Assembly: GCA_026625185.1 (NCBI GenBank)
Contig: CP113000.1
Span: 2,043,124-2,107,123, forward strand
Direction: 5' to 3'
Source: Thermodesulfobacteriota bacterium
GTDB lineage: Bacteria; Desulfobacterota; WTBG01; JAGOGO01
Length of the DNA: 64,000 nucleotides
Shown: positions 48,284-56,725 of the stretch, piece after piece
Numbering within the stretch: the first letter of the stretch is position 1
Layout: each line of letters starts with the position of its first letter
Notes under the pieces: generated by a model
The model's database searches: none
The model's input: only the letters and a program-made list of their open reading frames with translations
Told to the model about the DNA's origin: nothing
Made by a program: the position numbers and the translations under genes

Positions 48284-48343
48284 TAACGGCCCCTGTTCGT
48301 TATTGCTTTTAATTATTTTGACTCCTGTCTCCTCATTCCGAAT

Positions 48344-48694
48344 TTAGCTCCTGCCTACCATAATCACTCCCAGACAGATGCAAAGCACCCCCATGAGCCT
48401 TAAAAAAGAAAGATTTTCATTAAAGATCAGCCAGGAAGCAAGAACTATAAACACATAACTGAGACTGAGCATTGGATAGGCATAGCTCAAATCCACCCTT
48501 GAAAGGATAGACAGCCAAAGAAACATGGCTATGCCGTAAAGAACCAGACCCAGAAAGATATAAGGGGTGAAAATGACTTTTATCAAGCTGAGGTTTAAAC
48601 CGGCAGAGCCGGAAAGCAACATCCCCTTCTTTAACGAAACCTGTCCCACGACTCCCAGTGCCACGGCAGCGAAGATCATGAAAATATCTCTCAT
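48344..48694 (-). CDS. Small four-TM EamA/SMR-like protein (ArnE/ArnF-like flippase subunit)
   Basis: 116 aa, four hydrophobic helices, conserved Gly/Gln pattern (VVGQVSLKKGM). Confidence 0.5.
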   Translation of the reverse strand: MRDIFMIFAAVALGVVGQVSLKKGMLLSGSAGLNLSLIKVIFTPYIFLGLVLYGIAMFLWLSILSRVDLSYAYPMLSLSYVFIVLASWLIFNENLSFLRLMGVLCICLGVIMVGRS

Positions 48695-49663
48695 CTAACG
48701 TGTCTCCTTATAATTTTTTGCCCCATCACTCCTTTTAACCTGCGATATAATGTGTCATTGATAATATCACGGCTATGGCCATAAATACATCCCTGTTTGG
48801 AGGTGGAGCGACCGGGTGAAAAAATGCTATAGTAAAAAGTTGTTGATATTCTTAAAAAAATTACAATTAAAATTATATAAAATAACATAGTGGAAATTAT
48901 GAATAAAAAATAAAAGCTAATGTTAATTAGCCATTCAATTCTTTTATCGCATGCCGATAATTGTCCATAGTGTGCCAAAAATTTTCTTATTTTTTTAAAC
49001 AATTTTCTGCAAATTTTTTATTTGGGCAATTTTAAAAATAAATTTTGCAAAATAGTAAAGAAAAAAATCTAATATTTTACTTGAAATTAAACTTATTACG
49101 TATTATTATTTCAAAAAATTTCTTTTTTCAAAAAAATGGCTTTATCTTTTGGCATTATAGTTGCTTGGAAGTTGAATAAGTTCAGACAATATTGATCCTT
49201 AGGAAAAAGCCACACCAGTGGTGAGGCTGGGCCGGAAAGCCACGGGTCTTAATTAATCGAAAGATATCCGGGTTGCCAAAAAAGGTAACCGGCTATTTTT
49301 TGGTATTAATCCCCCTCACCTCAATCCTCTCCCCGGCGGGGAGAGGATTGAAAGATTTGAAGTCTATCCTGATGGGGAGAGGAAGGTAAAGTAAAAAATC
49401 CTCCAAAAGGGAGGGAAAGGCAACGTAGTAAAAGCTCTCCTCAAAGGAAGAGAAAGGGACTAAATAAGCAAGTAAATACTTTTTTGTAGTTATATAGATT
49501 AAATACCCTATTTACTAACTTGCTTCATTATGAAATAATTTTTTCAAATAACTTTTTTGAAAGGAGGAAAAGCCAAGAAAGAACATCAATAAATCATTAG
49601 AAACAAATGGGTTAAAATTTTTTTAAAACCTAATTGTTATTTTTTTATTAAAGGAGGTAACAG

Positions 49664-49837
49664 ATGGAAAAGTTAAAAAAATTTTTTAAAGAGGAGGAGG
49701 GCGTGACCGCACTTGAATACACAGTGCTCGCCGCACTTATAATTATCGTGATAATTATATTTTTTACCCCGATACGAAATGCCGTTAGTAAGATATGGTC
49801 AGAAATTAATAGTGCAATGACGGCTGCAACATCATAA
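49664..49837 (+). CDS. flp: Flp/Fap family type IVb pilin (57 aa, below the track cutoff)
   Basis: MEKLKKFFKEEEGVTALEYTVLAALIIIVIIIFF carries the Flp motif G-(V/A)-T-A-(I/L)-E-Y and a hydrophobic stretch. AAAGGAGG RBS is 6 nt upstream. Confidence 0.7.
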   Translation: MEKLKKFFKEEEGVTALEYTVLAALIIIVIIIFFTPIRNAVSKIWSEINSAMTAATS

Positions 49838-50013
49838 TCACCGGGCAATCACCCAATCATAAATAAGAAGAAATTTCTTTTCAAAACTTATGAGGGAAAC
49901 ATAATATAATTCGCCTTATAGGAAAGAGAAGAAAAATTAGTTATTGACGCGAAGCGAGGGCTTTTTATTTCGCTCCGTCCTCAATAACGAGAGAAAAAAG
50001 GAAAGCCGGTAGC

Positions 50014-50547
50014 GTGATCAGTGATGTTTATCTGTCCACATTTTTAGCCATAATTCTTTTGATTGCGGCAATATACGACATTTGGGTTGCTAAAATTCCC
50101 AATGTGATCACGTTCTCCGGTATGATAACCGGCATTATATATCATGGGGCAGCTCAGGGTTTGAGCGGGGCCGGGCTGAGTATTGCCGGCCTGCTGGCAG
50201 GGAGCGCGGTATTTTTCCCTTTTTACCTGCTGAAAGGAATGGGAGCCGGGGATATAAAGCTGATGGGAGCGGTGGGCTCCTTAGTGGCCTGGAAAGGAAT
50301 AATCCCGGCTATTGTTTTTACCGCGCTGGCCGGAGGCATTTATGCGTTTGCGCTTATTTTTTGCAATCCCAGTACCTGCAAGAGATTGATCTTTGGATCA
50401 ATATCAATGTTTAAGACTCTTGCGCTGACCGGGCAGATTGTTCTTCCCTCCTTATTTGAAAAGGAGAAAAAGCCGCAGGTGCGTTATGGGGTGGCGATCG
50501 CCGCGGGAACTTTATTTTCGCAGTGGTGGTGGCCGCTGCTTAAGTAG
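50014..50547 (+). CDS. cpaA: Prepilin peptidase CpaA/TadV (A24 family)
   Basis: Polytopic protein with conserved catalytic Asp residues (IYDIWVAKIPN and GMGAGDIKLMGAVG). Confidence 0.7.
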   Translation: MISDVYLSTFLAIILLIAAIYDIWVAKIPNVITFSGMITGIIYHGAAQGLSGAGLSIAGLLAGSAVFFPFYLLKGMGAGDIKLMGAVGSLVAWKGIIPAIVFTALAGGIYAFALIFCNPSTCKRLIFGSISMFKTLALTGQIVLPSLFEKEKKPQVRYGVAIAAGTLFSQWWWPLLK

Positions 50548-50827
50548 TTTTGGGGAACGCTCATTAATTTCTCTCCAACCAAATTTTTCCTTTTACCACC
50601 CCTTTGAAAATGGGTAGAATTGGTTTATTTCTCTTTTTTAAAGTGGAAAATCAAGTTTTCCTCTTTAATTAATGGAAAAAAAACAAATTTTTCTTGAAAT
50701 TTTTCTTGAAATAAATAAAAAACATTGTAAAATATATTTCAAATTGCTTATTTTTATCCCATGAGAAAATTTTCTAACGGCTAAAGTAAAGAAAAATTCT
50801 CATCAGATAAAGAAAGGGGTGAATCTT

Positions 50828-51673
50828 ATGGAGAGATGGAAAGCATTTTTACCGATTCTGATAGCGGTGATTATTGCCTTGATCGGGGCTTTTGCGGCCA
50901 ACAAATGGCTAAAAAAGCAGGCGATTGTAAAGGGGAAACCAACCATTGGGGAAACCGCCCAGATTGCCGTGGCCAAGGTGGATTTGCCCTGGGGAACGAA
51001 GCTGACCTCTGAAGCCTTGACCTCCGCAAGGTTTATTAAAAATAGTTTGCCCACAGGCTATTTTACTGATCTTGCTGCTCTCAACAACCGGGTGCTTCTC
51101 AGTCCGGTTAGTAGGAATGAACCTATTTTAGAATCGCGATTAGCTCCGGTCAGCATTGCTACGGGCGGCGTTTCCGCGGTTATTCCGAGCGGCAAACGGG
51201 CGATAGCGGTCAAAGGCGACAAAGTCATCGGATTATCCGGACTGATCCAGCCTGGCAACCGGGTTGATGTTCTGTTCAGCATAACCAACCCGGAGACACA
51301 AACCGAGATCACCAAAATCGTGCTTCAGGATATTCTGGTGCTGGCCGCCAACACCCAAATAGAGAAAGGCAAGAAAGAAGGCGAAGCAGCTCCGGTGGAT
51401 GTTTATACCCTCGAGGTAACACCGGAAGATGGTGAGAAGCTTGCGCTCGCCGCTACCCAGGGAAGACTTCAGTTCGCTTTAAGAAACCCCATGGATTTGG
51501 AAATGGTGGTTACCAGAGGAGCGACCATACCGGATACGCTCGGTATGTTGTATATACCCGGCAACAAAAAAAGCCCGGAACCCATGGCAACAAGAGGCCC
51601 TTCCGCTGTCCATGAGTCCGAGGTTACCATTATTAACGGCTCTAAGGCAACGGTCGTTAAACATGCGCTGTAA
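50828..51673 (+). CDS. cpaB: Flp pilus assembly protein CpaB/RcpC
   Basis: N-terminal TM anchor, then SAF-like and RcpC beta-rich domains. Position between cpaA and the secretin. Confidence 0.65.
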   Translation: MERWKAFLPILIAVIIALIGAFAANKWLKKQAIVKGKPTIGETAQIAVAKVDLPWGTKLTSEALTSARFIKNSLPTGYFTDLAALNNRVLLSPVSRNEPILESRLAPVSIATGGVSAVIPSGKRAIAVKGDKVIGLSGLIQPGNRVDVLFSITNPETQTEITKIVLQDILVLAANTQIEKGKKEGEAAPVDVYTLEVTPEDGEKLALAATQGRLQFALRNPMDLEMVVTRGATIPDTLGMLYIPGNKKSPEPMATRGPSAVHESEVTIINGSKATVVKHAL

Positions 51674-51696
51674 TTATTTAATGAGAGGGCGGAATT

Positions 51697-51977
51697 CACC
51701 CTCACCCCGGCCCTCTCCCTCAAGGGAGAGGGAGTTTTGAATTGATTCTCTCCCTCAAGGGAGAGGGAGTTTTGAATTGATTCTCTCCCTCAAGGGAGAG
51801 TGGGGTGGTTGCTTCTCTCTCCATTAAGGGAAAAAATGTTTTTTGGTTTCTTCTCTCCGTTAAAGGGGAGATAGAAATTTTGGTTTGATTCTCTCCCTTA
51901 AGGGAGAAGGAAAATTTGGAGTGGATTTTGAAACGTTACCTCCTCTCCCCTGCGGGGAGAGGATTGAGGTGAGGGGG
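51697..51977 (+). repeat. Tandem array of about 7 hairpin units (about 36 bp each: CTCTCCCTCAAGGGAGAG plus GGAGTTTTGAATTGATT). It degenerates distally and ends with an inverted copy of the CCTCACC..GGGGAGAGGA element.
   Basis: The first three units are near-identical. Read directly in the sequence between cpaB and cpaC. Confidence 0.6.
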
Positions 51978-52046
51978 CTTATCGCATCTTATTTTTGCTC
52001 TGATTAATATGTTTCCCCCCCGTAAGAAGGCACGGGGTAAAAGAAA

Positions 52047-53477
52047 GTGAGGAGAAGAATGAGGCTTACAACCACGGCAATAATGAAAGGATATGGACTC
52101 GCTTTTGTTATTCTCGCTTTGTTGCTGACCCTCTCGGGCAGAGCATTTTCTCAAACCATTATCGTGCTGGGAGATAAAAAAACGACTAAGCTTGACCTGG
52201 TCGTCGGGAAATCAGTGATATTTAAAAGCTCTCAGGAAATAAAATCCGCCAGTATCGCTGACCCGGAGATCGCGGAATGCGTTTCTCTATCTCCCAGTGA
52301 AATTTACGTTGTTGCCAAAGCTCCCGGCGCGACCCGCCTTATTATTTCCCAGGCCGGAAAGGCGATGTTTACCTATGATTTAACTGTTGCCTACGATATC
52401 GCGGGGTTGAAGCAGAAGCTCAACGAGATGTTGCCGGACGAGAATAATATTCAGGTAACGGCCACGAATAAATCCCTTACCTTGAGCGGCCGGGTTTCGA
52501 GCACGGTCAAGCTTTCTCAAGCGCTCGCGATTGCTGAGGGCTTCGCTCCCAAGGGGGGAATCAATAATCTCCTTGAGGTCGCCGGAGTACATCAGGTGAT
52601 GCTGGAAGTGCGGGTGGCGGAGATGTCAAAGAGTTTAGGTCAAAAGCTGGGTTTTAATTTTGCTTACACCAACGGGCAAGACTTCGCCCTTACCCATTTG
52701 GCACAACTTACTTCCTTCGATTCCGCGACCGCAGGCGGGCCATTGGGCATTGCGGTCTCTTCCGCGGTTAACGCCCTTTTTCGTTTTAAGAAGGGCAACT
52801 CCACCTGGACCAATTTTATTGACGCCTTAAAAGAAGACGGCTTGGTCCACGTTCTGGCGGAGCCGACCCTGATCGCTTTAAGCGGCCAGTCAGCAAACTT
52901 TCTCGCCGGAGGGGAGTTTCCGATCCCGGTTCCCCAGGGACTCGGAACGGTCGGCATTGAATATAAATCATTCGGCGTCGGCCTTACCTTCACGCCGATT
53001 GTTCTCGATGATAAAAAGATTAATATAAAGGTGTCCCCTGAGGTTTCACAGTTGGATTATTCCATCGGTATCAATATAATAGAAGGACTTCCAGTTCCCG
53101 GAATAACCACCCGGAGGGCCTCGACCACCGTAGAGCTGGGGGACGGCCAGAGCTTTGGTATTGCCGGCCTTCTGCAAGATAGCACGCGCAACGCTATTTC
53201 CAAGTATCCGTTCCTCGGAGAGATGCCGGTGCTGGGAGCTTTGTTCCGCAGCAGCGACTATCAAAGAAGTGAGACGGAGCTGATCATTATTGTTACACCG
53301 CATATTGTAAAGCCCCTTGATATGGCCAAACAGTCTTTGCCGACCGATTATTATGTGGAGCCGAACGCGTGGGAGTTTTACGGCCTGGGTCTCCTGGAAG
53401 GAAGGAGCAAGCCTTTGTCTCCGGTCGCAACCGGTGAGCTCGATGGAGAGTTCGGGCACGCGGTGCCTATGCCGTAG
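52047..53477 (+). CDS. cpaC: Tad/Flp pilus secretin CpaC/RcpA
   Basis: Signal peptide, BON-like N-domain, secretin domain (VHVLAEPTLIALSGQSANFLAGGEFPIPV..GVGLTFTP). Confidence 0.8.
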   Translation: MRRRMRLTTTAIMKGYGLAFVILALLLTLSGRAFSQTIIVLGDKKTTKLDLVVGKSVIFKSSQEIKSASIADPEIAECVSLSPSEIYVVAKAPGATRLIISQAGKAMFTYDLTVAYDIAGLKQKLNEMLPDENNIQVTATNKSLTLSGRVSSTVKLSQALAIAEGFAPKGGINNLLEVAGVHQVMLEVRVAEMSKSLGQKLGFNFAYTNGQDFALTHLAQLTSFDSATAGGPLGIAVSSAVNALFRFKKGNSTWTNFIDALKEDGLVHVLAEPTLIALSGQSANFLAGGEFPIPVPQGLGTVGIEYKSFGVGLTFTPIVLDDKKINIKVSPEVSQLDYSIGINIIEGLPVPGITTRRASTTVELGDGQSFGIAGLLQDSTRNAISKYPFLGEMPVLGALFRSSDYQRSETELIIIVTPHIVKPLDMAKQSLPTDYYVEPNAWEFYGLGLLEGRSKPLSPVATGELDGEFGHAVPMP

Positions 53478-53667
53478 GGGAAAAAGGAAGGGGATTTTCT
53501 CCTCACCCTGTCCCTCTCCCCCGAGGGGGAGAGGGGAGCTACTTTAAAAATAATCCTCCCCTTTGGTAAAGGGGAGTTAGAGGAAATTTTAACGTAAGAA
53601 TGAAACGTGACCTCAATCACGTTGTCGGATTTAATAGAATCGGCGACAAATTGTAACAAAAACGGCG

Positions 53668-53867
53668 ACAAATTAATGAAATCGGGCACAATTTCCCAGG
53701 GGTATTTTTCAGGCAACACAAAACCTGTCTGATTTTTGACTTCAAAATCAGCAGGTATTTTATCCCCACAAATTAATGAAATCGGGCACAATTTCCCAGG
53801 GGTATTTTTCAGGCAACACAAAACCTGTCTGATTTTTGACTTCAAAATCAGCAGGTATTTTATCCCC
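53668..53867 (+). repeat. Perfect 2 x 100-bp tandem direct duplication. Each unit contains the hairpin CTGATTTTTGACTTCAAAATCAG.
   Basis: Units 53668..53767 and 53768..53867 appear identical by eye. They are preceded by the partial related motif CGGCGACAAATT (twice). Confidence 0.7.
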
Positions 53868-53938
53868 AAAATTCTTATGGCCGAAGCCGATTTTTCCCCT
53901 AAAAAAACAAATTCATTAAGGCATAAAAACCTTCTTTT

Positions 53939-54697
53939 TTAAAAATTACTAATTAACAATTCTTTCCCTTCGCTGTGATTACCCCTATTTAGAGTATAAA
54001 TTGTCGATACCGGCTTAATTTTAAATCCTTTAAATATTTCCCTGATCTCCTGCGCATCATTGATACTCAGAACGAATTGCGCTTTGATTTTGGCCAGCTT
54101 ATCCGCCATCTCTTTATAATCAGGCAGTTCCATATTAAACTTATACCAGGGAGCCTTCCAATAGGGCGGATCGAGATAAAAAAAGGCCTCAGCACGATCA
54201 TAACAAACCAAAAATTTCTGGTACGGGAGATTTTCAATCGTAACCTGAGACAACCTCAAATGGACTTCTGATAACTCCTCTTCCAGCCGAAGCAGATTAA
54301 TCCCGGGTCTATGCAAGGGTCTCATCCCAAAGTTTCTACCCACCACCTTTGCGCTGAACGCGTGCCGCTGGAGATAATAATAATGGGCTGCTCGTTGGAT
54401 ATCAGTCAAACCCCCGGCAACTTGCTGCCGCTTAAAATCCTCGAACCATTCTCTCGATGATAAAATCCATTTAAATTGTTTTAAAAACTCCTCTAAATGA
54501 TGCTGTAATACACGGTAAAAGCAAATCAGATCGCTATCCAGATCATTGATAACTTCAAATTTAGAGGGTTCTTTGCGAAAAAATACCCACGCTGCCCCGG
54601 CAAAGACCTCACAGTACATTTTGTGCTCCGGGATCATCTCAATTATTGTTTTTGCCAGCTTACTTTTGCCGCCGATGTACGCTAATGGACTGTCCAC
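53939..54697 (-). CDS. dam: DNA adenine methyltransferase (Dam-like, D12 class N6-adenine MTase)
   Basis: YIGGKSKLA (motif X/I AdoMet-binding region), FAGAAWVFF, and catalytic DPPY (FYLDPPYW). Confidence 0.85.
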   Translation of the reverse strand: MDSPLAYIGGKSKLAKTIIEMIPEHKMYCEVFAGAAWVFFRKEPSKFEVINDLDSDLICFYRVLQHHLEEFLKQFKWILSSREWFEDFKRQQVAGGLTDIQRAAHYYYLQRHAFSAKVVGRNFGMRPLHRPGINLLRLEEELSEVHLRLSQVTIENLPYQKFLVCYDRAEAFFYLDPPYWKAPWYKFNMELPDYKEMADKLAKIKAQFVLSINDAQEIREIFKGFKIKPVSTIYTLNRGNHSEGKELLISNF

Positions 54698-54857
54698 TGG
54701 ACACCTCCTTGTGCAGAAAAATAACTTGTGTTATTATTCCCACACCATCTTTTCTCATCCCGATGGTGGAGAGTTTCCGCATTATGCGGACTGCGCTGGG
54801 TGGTGCCAGTGCGGCGGTGGCAGAGATCCATCACAATCTCTGCCCCGAACTTTCCTT

Positions 54858-55289
54858 TTATTTTAATGATTGATCTGATTGAGTTATAGTGGCCTGCGGC
54901 GTCGAAACCAATGGTGCAGGAGTCGCAACCGTCTGAGAATCCGGTATCACTGGAGCGGTTGCGGGAACGCCTTGAGTCTTAGCTGCCACTGCGCCATAAG
55001 CTGCCGCCGCATTCAAGATATTGGTCATAAAACCGCTCAACTGTGTGCTTGTGTCGGCATTATACGTGCCGAGTAAATCACTCCAGGTTATTACCTGGTT
55101 TACAAAAGGCGGTTTTTTGGCCGTTATATCCATTTTTGCAATCACTATTTTCCCCGTACTATCGTACTGTTCTTTGTGGATGGTCATGGTGGTACACCCA
55201 CTTGAAAAAATCAACCCCCAAACAACCAAAACAGTAATAAAATAAACACAAAACAGTTCGAACTCAAAATAATAGAATATTTTTTTCAT
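54858..55289 (-). CDS. Hypothetical secreted or lipoprotein with a Thr/Pro/Ala-rich C-terminus
   Basis: N-terminal hydrophobic helix plus SSGC lipobox-like motif. Confidence 0.3.
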   Translation of the reverse strand: MKKIFYYFEFELFCVYFITVLVVWGLIFSSGCTTMTIHKEQYDSTGKIVIAKMDITAKKPPFVNQVITWSDLLGTYNADTSTQLSGFMTNILNAAAAYGAVAAKTQGVPATAPVIPDSQTVATPAPLVSTPQATITQSDQSLK

Positions 55290-55301
55290 GCGAACTCCTT
55301 T

Positions 55302-55808
55302 CTATTTGAGCCGTACCGGCTCGTTTAAAACATCCCATTTGGCGATATCGCCCGGCCGGGGAGCGGTTTTACCTTCCACCAGCCCGGCGGCTCGATACGC
55401 CAGAAAAACAAACTCGCTGCAAAAATACCTCGTGCAATCCGCCGAGACCCGGCCAAAAATATTTTTAATTACCGAGCCAAAATCATACGGCGTGCCGACC
55501 TGATCAAGCGCCCAGGTGACGATTTGTTCACGCGCGCCACAATATTCTTTTTTGAGCGGCAGCCACCAGGCTTCACCGTCATATTTTTTAACCCTCCACG
55601 ATAAAATACGCAGCTCAATGCCTGACGCGTTGGCTTCAAGAATAAACCGGCGATCGGTCAAGCCTTTAAACTCTTCCAGCCGGATCACCAGCGAAGCGTG
55701 GCTGTAACCGCCGTAAAGCCGGATCAGGCGCGAGATCGCTCCCGTGCCCTTCCAGAGGATCACGTCTCCGGACTTGATAGCCTCACGATGTTGAGAATAA
55801 TTATTCAT
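55302..55808 (-). CDS. Permuted papain-fold (NlpC/P60 superfamily, YiiX-like) amidase, putative phage cell-wall hydrolase
   Basis: The His-containing segment (GDVILWKG..YSHASLVI) precedes the Cys segment (GTPYDF..DCTRYFCSEFV). This is the circularly permuted order. Confidence 0.45.
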   Translation of the reverse strand: MNNYSQHREAIKSGDVILWKGTGAISRLIRLYGGYSHASLVIRLEEFKGLTDRRFILEANASGIELRILSWRVKKYDGEAWWLPLKKEYCGAREQIVTWALDQVGTPYDFGSVIKNIFGRVSADCTRYFCSEFVFLAYRAAGLVEGKTAPRPGDIAKWDVLNEPVRLK

Positions 55809-56188
55809 CAGCTCGGGTCCCTGATCTCCAATATATCAAATGGATTAAGAGGACATTCTACTTCATCTATCACCGGGATATTACAGGTGCTGATTGCCTT
55901 AATCTCCGAATTTACCGAATCAGAAATTACCACATGTGTTGCCGTGTTTGTCCCGGTCCCCGTAATCGTCTGTGCCGCAACTGTCAGCTTTCTTCCACTT
56001 GTATCCCCATCGCCGATAGTATAGTCACCGTTACCGTCTCCGGTGGTCAGCGTTACTTGGCCGAGAGAAACCGCGGCTATTCCGGCATAGTTAGCAGGCT
56101 GGGCAGAACAGAGGTCGAGCTTATTACCATTGTCGGCAATGTCCGCCAATAGTAAGTCTTTTTCATCATCGGGTATTAATTTCCCCAT
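55808..56188 (-). CDS. Hypothetical Gly/Thr-rich protein (phage structural?)
   Basis: No recognised family. Lies within the tail module. Confidence 0.25.
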   Translation of the reverse strand: MGKLIPDDEKDLLLADIADNGNKLDLCSAQPANYAGIAAVSLGQVTLTTGDGNGDYTIGDGDTSGRKLTVAAQTITGTGTNTATHVVISDSVNSEIKAISTCNIPVIDEVECPLNPFDILEIRDPS

Positions 56189-56197
56189 TTTTTCTCC

Positions 56198-56716
56198 TTA
56201 TCTAAATAATATAATTCTTAGTTTAAATGGCTTAGGTTCATAAATTCCTTGAGTATTTTTCTGTCTCATCCCAGTAGCGTAAGGGACCGGTAGGTTCATT
56301 ACCTGAATGCCTAATTGAAGTTGAATTATTCTACCGCCTATTTGCGTGGTAGATTTACCGACCAATTTGTCCAGTATGTCATTTCCTAAATCATTTTTTA
56401 ATTGCACTTTCCAGCCATAGCAACCATCAACTGCCACTTCTACTTGAGAAATGTATTCACAGAATGTCCACATGGCAGTATCAACCCACTCCAAAAGAAC
56501 AGGACTATCTATCTTCTTAACCACATCGGCAGCAGAAATATTAAGAGTCCCATTTGCGTCAGGTACACAATCCCACTGTAAGCATGTCTGAGTTGGTTCT
56601 GTACCTATCATGTCAGCAGTCCTTGACCAGTAGACGGAAAGCTCCGCTGTTCCTGCTGCAAAAGTTCGTAACGCAAAAAGAAAAACGAAAACTAAAGAGA
56701 AAAATATTTTTTTCAT
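56198..56716 (-). CDS. Hypothetical secreted protein
   Basis: N-terminal signal peptide (MKKIFFSLVFVFLFALRTFAAG). Confidence 0.3.
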   Translation of the reverse strand: MKKIFFSLVFVFLFALRTFAAGTAELSVYWSRTADMIGTEPTQTCLQWDCVPDANGTLNISAADVVKKIDSPVLLEWVDTAMWTFCEYISQVEVAVDGCYGWKVQLKNDLGNDILDKLVGKSTTQIGGRIIQLQLGIQVMNLPVPYATGMRQKNTQGIYEPKPFKLRIILFR

Positions 56717-56725
56717 AAAACCCTC

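Noticed and set aside
48691-49002. 103-aa minus-strand ORF in the AT-rich region upstream of the Tad locus
   Set aside because: It is an extremely AT-rich, Ile/Phe/Tyr-biased translation overlapping the start of the ArnE-like gene. It was likely generated by base composition. No support for coding.
51697-51977. CRISPR-like appearance of the 18-bp palindromic repeats with roughly 18-bp spacers between cpaB and cpaC
   Set aside because: The spacers are themselves identical or near-identical between units, the units degenerate progressively, the repeats are perfect palindromes, and there are no cas genes or leader. This is a tandem hairpin repeat, not a CRISPR array.
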